Positions 55,632 to 64,000 of a DNA stretch of 64,000 nucleotides are shown piece by piece (within the stretch, counting starts at the first letter, position 1; each line of letters begins with the position of its first letter). The stretch is from Paragordius varius. Lineage: Eukaryota; Animalia; Nematomorpha. The stretch lies in the NCBI GenBank assembly GCA_964247055.1, contig OZ176055.1:8060001-8124000 (forward strand), read 5' to 3'. The notes below the pieces were generated by a model. That model had not been told where the DNA came from. It made no database searches and saw only the letters and a program-made list of their open reading frames with translations. The translations under genes were made by a program, and so were the position numbers.

Positions 55632-56085
55632 TATTACAACCAATTTAAACGGTTCATAACTCTATTTTATTTGGTTAACTAATGGGACTGTTATGACCAT
55701 AATTTGCTTTCATAGGTCTCAGACCAGTTATTTTTTGTTTGGTTAATAATCTAATCTCTCCCTCAATAAACTTATCTAAATAATAAATTAAAGATGGCTT
55801 CTTTAACATTTATTAGTCAATATAATATCCGCCTATATGATTGCGTGATATGTGAGTTTGTGAAACAAATTTTCCACAATATATCCAAATTATAATTATA
55901 ATAGAATTTTAGGTAAATAATTTTTTAAAAAATAGATAGATATTTATGTCGAATTCCTTCTTTACAATTTCGACTCATCATTTTTATTTAACCTCATATT
56001 TATTACGATAAAAACTTGTTGGCAGATCATATTGATAAAGTTAGAAATATATTTTAGCATTATGATTCTTAAATAATTGGATGCG

Positions 56086-57596
56086 TATATATAACTATGA
56101 AAATGGAAAGTGGTGGCTTTGTGATCTGTTTCCGGAAAACCGGTAGACCCATTCAAATCCAAATATCGAAATAATAGAATCATTAATGAATGTCCCGACA
56201 ATTGCTTCGCCCTTTTTTTAGATTAGGCCCCCAGTACGGGCCCACCCCGTGTAAAAAACGGTTTTTTTAAACACAAGTCCACAAAAATCGTGTCTTTGAG
56301 ACAATTTTCCGGAAAACGTTTTCGACCATTCGATTTCAAATATAATTTTTTATTTTTTTTTTCAATTGCGCCGAACATAGTCGGCTCGCTTTTTTAATTT
56401 AGGCCCTCTTTTTACCCGCTCCCCCCGTAAAATGCCACTTTTTTTAAAAAAATTAAGTTCACAAAAATAATTTTTGAATGTATTCGCCCAATGTATGAAA
56501 CCGTAAAAATTCAGTAAGGATACCAGGTATTCCCTGTTAAAAGGCAAAAACTTTTGTCGAGCGTTTCTTTGATGATAGCTGCTGGGTAAGGATATACAAA
56601 AAATGACCCGTCATATCGAAATAGCATGCTTTTGGGGCTAAATTTCAGAAACCCTATAAGACATGTGAGTTCTATAAAGGCCTAAAATATTTATTACCCC
56701 TTAAAAAACAAATATTTTAGTATAAGGGGGTTACTTCAATGAGTCGCTAAGAAAAGTTTTAGGCCCTGAAAAATTCGCCGCCATAGAACAATTTTTTAGT
56801 TTTGAAGCAATATTTCCAAGAACTTATAGGAACATATGGACATTATAATTCCAGATACTTCCCATATAAAGACAAAAATTTTGCCCGACGCTTTTTTATA
56901 CCTGCTTCTGAGTAAGAAGCTACCCGCCAAAACTGCACCACTAAATAGAAATTGCGTTGTTTTGGAACTAATTTAAAGAAAATTTATGCCATATGAGCTC
57001 ATTTAAAGTTCGAAATATTACCCGTAACTAGGTAAAATTTAAGGTCAGGCCTTTTTTATTAGTCGTTAATTTGGGGCCTTTATGCCCTAAGAAATACGCC
57101 ATCATATAACGATTATTTAGTGTTGAGGTAGTTTTTTGAATATCCCATGAGACGATGGTATCAAAGATGATTCCAAATATTTTCCCTATAAAGGCAAAAA
57201 ATTTAAGTTAGCGCTTTTTCCATATAGGCCTATGGGTAGGGGTCTACCGGTTTAAAATTGAGACGTCATACAAAAATGGCTTAGCTTTGGAGCTAATTTT
57301 CAAAAAAATTTAAGAAGTTATACAAGTTCAATAAAGGCTTTAAATATTATCCATAAAAAGGTAAAAATTATAGCATAGCGGGGGCCTTTACACCAGTAAA
57401 CAATGTATTCGTATGAATGCACCGTTTTGAAAATCCTATGAGATCATAGCTATTAATTAATGTTTCGAAATAATCCATATATATGGATCATTTTATGGAT
57501 CCCTTTTTTCAAATAACCCTCCCCCCCCCCCCCCCCCCCCCCCCAGAAGTACGAAGGACTTCCTCGGGCTGCGTAGCAGCACGAGATTTACGCTAG
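56086..57596 (+). mobile_element. Non-autonomous Helitron, copy 3
   Basis: Same 5' block and the same 3' double hairpin plus CTAG|T as copy 1; C24 tract at 57521-57544. Confidence 0.88.
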
Positions 57597-58619
57597 TATG
57601 ATATTAAATATTCAATATAGTACAAGTAATTGAAAAACCTGTGCCAAAATTACGGTTAAAAAACTAGATTTTATTTTGATATTTAGCGAAGAATACAGTT
57701 TCAGATTCAAATGCTGCATAATAGTCGAATTTCAGAAAACACTAAAAACTAATATATGCTAACATTTAAAAAAATTGCATATTTTGTTTAAAAATTTAAT
57801 TTCGGCAATTTTGATGAACTGTACTCTATGGTAAACATAATATTATGGAAACGGTAAAAAAAAACTTTAATACATTGTAAAAACATTTTTTTAATTTAAT
57901 AATGCTAAATATTTCGATCACTTCAGAAATCGAATTAAATATAGCCCGTTTTCAATTTAAGTAAATGTTTCGTTTCCACCATGCGTTGTTCATATACCAT
58001 GAGGTAAGCCTCGACAAATTTTTCAAATTTACATTTCAAAACAAAGTATGAAAGTATATTTTTCGAAAATTTTTTTGGTGTCATAATCTAGCGTTTATTA
58101 GAAATTATTATCGCGCAATCTCAACATTTTTGCGTTTTTTTGAAGAAAATTAGTCCATTTTCTAGGTCTTATCTAATTATTCTGTTCAAATATAGTTTAT
58201 AAAATATTTTAATGATATTTTTCGGAATGAAGCATATAGATCTATATCAAAAAAAATATATTTAAAATAAACGCTAATTTTGCGCTTTTTTAATATGCAG
58301 CAATCACCACAAGAGTGTAAATAACTTTATTACACTCGTAACGAAACCAAAAGCACCATATGAATCCTGATACATTTTTCTATAAGAAAATATACATTTC
58401 ATCAGGATATTTTTTTTACGCTTTGTTTAAATTTAGTACTTCCTGTTAATCGAACTTTTTGTCATCAAAAATAAATTTTGAGATAAATCGCGCAATATGA
58501 GATTTTAACAAATCAATAGTGTCTCAATGTAAAGTCAATAATTTTAGTCAATAACCATTGGGTAGTGTTCTACCCTCTGCGAAATGTACTACCATAAACG
58601 AAGCTTTTTGATTTTCGAA

Positions 58620-59240
58620 GTTATGAGATTAATTGGATTTTTTTAGTTTGAAATATTCCCGTTAAAGGCCAAAAATTAGTGTACTGCCTTTTTGATACGC
58701 AAAGTAGGATTCCACTATGTTAGATACGCCACCAAAAAAACTATATTCAATTTGAAACTCTTTGGATAATCGGTGAGAATATGGAATATCAATTATTGTT
58801 TTGAGTATTTCCGGTATATAGACAAAAATTTTAGTTATCATTTTTATAAATTCCGCTGGCTAAAGCTGCTATTTCCAATTTTTCACTATATAGAAATAAG
58901 TTTTTCAAAATAGCGGGAAACTTATGAAACCATACGGTTTAAAGGAAATTGAAAGTACTAAATAAGCCGCGGGTAAGGCTCCACTCTGTGAAATTCGCCA
59001 TATATATATATATATATAACGTGGCTTTAAAGTTACTTTCAGATAATCTATCAAAACATGTGAATTTAAAAATGATTTTAGGTAAGCATAAGAGTAAAAT
59101 TAGTTAGTGCTTTATTAGCCATTAGGTAGGGCATCACCCTGTGTATGCACACAATAATATTCCATTATTTGTGTTTCCCTTATAAATGCAAAAGTTGTAG
59201 TTAACATTTTTTAATAAGCCGCTAGGCATGACCTCTACTA
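58620..59240 (+). repeat. Highly diverged array related to the Helitron internal ~165-bp repeat
   Basis: Recurrent CCCGTTAAAGGCCAAAAATTAG / TATAGACAAAAATTTTAG / GAAACTTATG-like motifs at similar spacing; no termini. Confidence 0.5.
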
Positions 59241-61324
59241 TATTAAATACTAAACAAAAAACCGTGTTAAACAGTTTTTATTGTCTTGGTTAGAGCGACG
59301 CGTGAAAGGCCATTAGCCAGTTATGGGTACAAATTTTTAATTTTAATCAGATAATTTTCTGGACAATTACGGTGAATCAGGACCCATCAACGTACCAGCA
59401 GTGATTATATAATCGCTTTTTTATTTAAAGATTATAATCCGCTAATTTGAATGTCAGAGCCTGATAATAACTATTAATTTAATTAGAGATCAATTTGTTA
59501 TGATTTATATATTACAATAAAAGTGTTTTCTAAATATACGTATAATAAATTTTTACGATCAAATGTCACGAATGGCATTAAATGTCTTGAAGATGGAAGT
59601 GTAGAAAATCAGATTTTTTCATTTCAACAATAGTTATTGATTTTATAATTATATTATGGGCAAAAAAAATTATAAAAAATTAAATTTTGCTATAAAAAAC
59701 TATTTGTAAGGTTTTGTAAATGATATAATCAAGGTTATATCAATCAAATTTATAATGGGATGAAACAGGAAAATTGCGCTAATAACTGTAATAAATAATG
59801 ATATAATTTTAACATTGTTAATAGTAAGACAACTTTGTTATCATTTTTTCTCTCCACGTTTTTTTCAAATAATTACATCAAACTGTCCAATTTGGTGATG
59901 ACAATTATATTATGACATGTTGTTAAACATTTTTGTTAAAAATTGGAACAATTGATCAATTTATAGTTATTAATATCCATTTTTCCTTTTTTATTATTGG
60001 TTCCTTAACCTTTATAACGCATCTAATACAAGATATTTCTTGATATTGATTGAAAACCAATTGCAAGATTAATTAATAAGGGTAATTGTTATGAATAGCC
60101 ATAAAAATTTTTATATTTTCTTTCTCTAACTCACAAAATTTTGCTTTAATATTGATTATTATAAGGTAAAATTAGTCAATCAAACATAATTATTAGTGTG
60201 CGTGTGATTGCTGCCTGCCTGCCTGAATAAAAAAATTTAATTTGCAAATTTTTTGCTTATTACTGTTCATGAGTAAAGATGTGAGATGAATTTTGCATTT
60301 AAAAGATGTGCTCTACAGAATAAAATAGTCTTGTGTTTCTGAAACTATACAGAGAGAATAGCCTATTTTCTCAATATGTTATGACTGAAAAACCATTTAT
60401 TTTCCAGCATGTTTTCATTCGTTAATTAGCACGAAGGATCTATTATGATGTTTTATTTTATTTTTAATTATTATTATTATCGCCATTTCTAAAATATAAT
60501 TAATATTATATAATTAATATTTATCCATTCTTTCGTTCTGTGCACCATAACATAAAATTTGGTTGTGTGGTTTTAATATCTATCTATGAATTTAATCTAT
60601 TCCATGTTTAACAAGGAGAGCCGAAAATCTCTAAGTAAATTGTCCGTTATTATTGAGTTTTAATCGCATAATTAATTTTTAATGTAATTTGGATTTAAGT
60701 AGCAAAATGATACCAGGTAGTGTTTAACTAAAAGCAGTCTTTCACGGGTGTCAAAAAATGTTATTAAAATTAATTTTAGGTTTTTTGGTTTTCGCAATTA
60801 AATTTATAATTTAGTTTTTTACATTATCCTCTTTCCCCTAATAACTTTGTTATAGATTCAATTAAAGAGCGTAAAAAGAAAATTTATGTTTTTATAGGCT
60901 TTGAAACTAACTACCAAATAATAAAAAGATGAATTAATATTTAAGCGATATTTTTACTTAAAGTTGCGATCAAATTTTAGACGATGCGCCTATTTTGGTT
61001 AATAAAACTAATAAACTGAAACATTTTGCAAATTTGTTTTATTACCCATATGCAAAAAATGATTTTACCCCAAAATAACTTAATTTCATTTAGTAAAATT
61101 TATATTTTGAACCAAATTAATTTTAAAAATATATTAGGATCTGAAATATAATTGGGTGAACATTTATAATATTTGACGATTATATGGAAAAGTTTTTTCA
61201 TATTGATTTAATAAATTAGAGGGGTGACCAACACACGACCCTCTTAGATATTTTTTGCAGCCCGCCGAAAACTAAATAAATACGAAATTCCATATTTTAA
61301 AAATATTTTCAAAATTTTAATATA

Positions 61325-61631
61325 TACCATTTACAATTCAAATTCACCCCTGAACAATTTCACCTTTGAATAATCACCCTAAAAATAATTTATCTGTTTT
61401 TGGGCTTATATAACTCAGTAATATGAATAATATCTTTGTGGCTTAATTTATTCTTTTTCAGTATTATATTAATTTTAAACGAAATTTCATTTTAATTGAT
61501 AAACTTATAGGTAATTTTAATCTTTAAAAACAAATAATTTATTTTAGGGTGAATTTGAATTGTTCAAGGGTGAGTTTATATTGTTGGTGGGTGAATTTGA
61601 ATTGTTCAAGTGTGAAGAACTGTAAATGGTA
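61325..61631. mobile_element. MITE family A
   Basis: Same TIRs and core; intergenic. Confidence 0.85.
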
Positions 61632-62278
61632 TATTTTATAATTTTAATTTGAAATATTTATGATCAGCGGTTTACATTTCGTTTTTCTGCATTGATTACG
61701 CATGTAAAAAATATTTCCCTTATTTTCGAATTTACCCGTTTAAAAATTTGTTTATACATAATCCAAGCTAAATTAATATTATAATTATATAATATTTTTA
61801 TATTTAGCTATATTTCAATTTCACAATCGTGACAACACAAATCTTAATACACAAAAATTTTGACTAAAATTGATATCATGGTCATTTAATATTTTTTTTA
61901 TCAAAAATATGAACTTATCCATTTTTATGGTTTTTAGGAAAAAACGAAGACGGCATGAGTCTCTTAAATTTAAAAGCCAGTTCTCCACCAAATTACATTG
62001 AATTGTGTAGGGATTCACAATTTCACCCCAAAGAATTGAAATACATGTATCGCATGTTTAAACAGGTTAACTAAAACCATACATTACAATATAAAATTTC
62101 TCGTATAATTTGTCAAAAATAAAACTCTTTCAGTTGTGGGATAACAGTGTGACTTGGTTTCAGAAAAAATTAGCAGGTGAGTTTCAATATTTTTGGTTAA
62201 AAAAGTTGCATTTTTTTGATATCAGGTAGCCTACTCGAGATACAATTTAGATAAAATGTCACAAAAGATACACATATA

Positions 62279-63300
62279 TCAGGTGTAGTTACAAGTTTAT
62301 ACCGATTTATTGGAAAAATGTTTTGAGATAATCTCTTATATTTTGATGTCAGCTCCCACACATTTCACCCATTCTCAGTAATATATGAAAGCCATGCCAA
62401 ATAAACTAATTGCATTTTGGTGCAAACCATTGGTCAAGCCTTTCTCTTGCGCCTCATAATTATTGAAGTGCTGCTCTTCGAGGATCTGACCCATGATGCG
62501 AACATGTCTAGTCAGATGGCGCTAGATCAAAAAAGCTAAGCAGACGCGAAAAAATATCTTTATAAGCGATTACAAATTCATTTCTGGTTCTGTTGTCTGA
62601 GATGGAGCATGTCAGGTAACAAAGAAAAGTTGATATGTTTGCTAACCGATATGTCGTTTCCACTTAATGTTTACTCTTAAAATTAATCTGAATATTTGCG
62701 TATTACCGGTTTTAGCGAGATTAAAAGTTAATAACAATATCGCTCTAATCTTACCAAACGTGCCGATGGACCAGCTTGACAAGGTGAGCACCATTTTTCC
62801 GTTTTGAAATTACTTAATAAGAATATTTCTTATCGTTTGTCCCAATTCGATGCAGAAATAATTTTTGTTACGTTAAAGCCGGTTTACACAAGTCTTTTTA
62901 CCATTTTTGCTCTTTGACGTTCATTCAAATTGTGTGAAACCCATTACTGAGGTTTTAATCATTCCCAGTGTTTGGAGATGTCTGCTGATTGTTTTTTGTG
63001 ATATATGTTATGCTTCTACAAATTGCCGATAAGTTTATTTTAGGCCAAACTTTTCCAGTTGTTTTTTTTCGCAGTTAAGTGGTTTACCCCACCCATAGTT
63101 TTTCATATATCGCACGAAACCTTGTTTTATGTTGTAATCGATAGGGGTTTACCATATGTTCCCACCCATCGATGACTTTTAGCCTTTTTCTTCTGATGGA
63201 AGAAAAGTGATGCGTGCCGCAATTCTTTTTTTTCATTCACAAAATTCCATATGAATACCAAATGAAAGACAAAAAGCTTCCTTTTATCTCCCTAAAAAAA
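62279..63300 (-). mobile_element. Degenerate mariner (Mos1-like) transposon
   Basis: TA-flanked TCAGGTGTAGTTACAAGTTT end. Minus-strand fragments DLAPSD, MGQILEEQHFNNYE and KCVGAD resemble the Mos1 C-terminus. The right boundary is approximate. Confidence 0.72.
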
Positions 63301-63483
63301 TTTAATGTTTGTAATTTAATGTCAGACGAGCAAAAATGGGTCTGTATCAAATTAATCGTCTGCGTACTTCTCACTCACGCCTACTCGTAATTAAGCCGGT
63401 ATTAACTCATGACTACACCTGTTATAAACCAGGAATCGATGGTGTCTAAAAAATTAAAAAATACCTTTTATGATCATGAAAAA

Positions 63484-64000
63484 TTATTATTATTATTATT
63501 ACATTACATAATTTCACTCGTGAGAGCGGTCACGTTATACAACCTGTCTCGCCATAGTACTCTATCTATGGCGTCTTCTGCATAAGATCGTATTCCGATA
63601 GCTCTCTTTTTATTGTATCTATCCATTTCGTTTTAGACCGCCTACGTCCTCGTTTTCCCTGAACTATATGATTATCTATTATTTTTGCAATATAATTAGG
63701 ATCTTTTCTTTCAATGTGCCCGAACCAACGTAGCACATTTTTTGACATTCTTTCCACTATTGGTTTAACATCTGTGCCCCCACAAATAAATCTATTCTCA
63801 TCATTCTAAGCATTTTCATTTCAGTCACGTTAAAATGTCTTTCTTCGGATTTTTTGAGACCCCACGTCTGTGAATACATCATTAAGGGCTGGACAACTGA
63901 ACAGTATTACCTTTCACTCTAACATCAATATTTGGATCGCATAATACGCTTAAAATATTCTTCCAATTTACCCAGCTGCTCTTTATTCTTAAATTAATAT
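63484..64000 (-). mobile_element. 3' end of a second, more decayed RTE LINE (runs off the window)
   Basis: LRWFGHIERK...GKRGRRRSKTKWIDTIKREL; (TAA)n tail on the minus strand at ~63484-63500. Confidence 0.8.

Overview
Very AT-rich (roughly three-quarters A+T by eye) genomic DNA from a bilaterian animal; I cannot name the species. I can reconstruct seven protein-coding genes. On + are a labial/Hox1 homeobox gene (8900-10816) and a divergent serpin (14199-16666). On - are five housekeeping genes: PAN2, thymidylate synthase, an MFSD9-like transporter, eIF3i and GST-zeta/MAAI. Intergenic DNA and long introns are full of transposon remnants: mariner, Tc1-like, hAT (Buster and BED type), two RTE LINEs, three non-autonomous Helitrons and several MITE families. 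The most striking signal is intron architecture. Seventeen GT-AG introns are only 21-31 nt long, and each is needed to restore homology or frame. All lie within about 650 nt of the start codon, while downstream introns of the same genes are longer (up to about 1.4 kb) and TE-filled. One long intron resolves to a 24-nt intron plus a MITE inserted in the TA of its TAG acceptor. All exon coordinates were read by hand, and homology calls come from recalled family motifs, not database searches.
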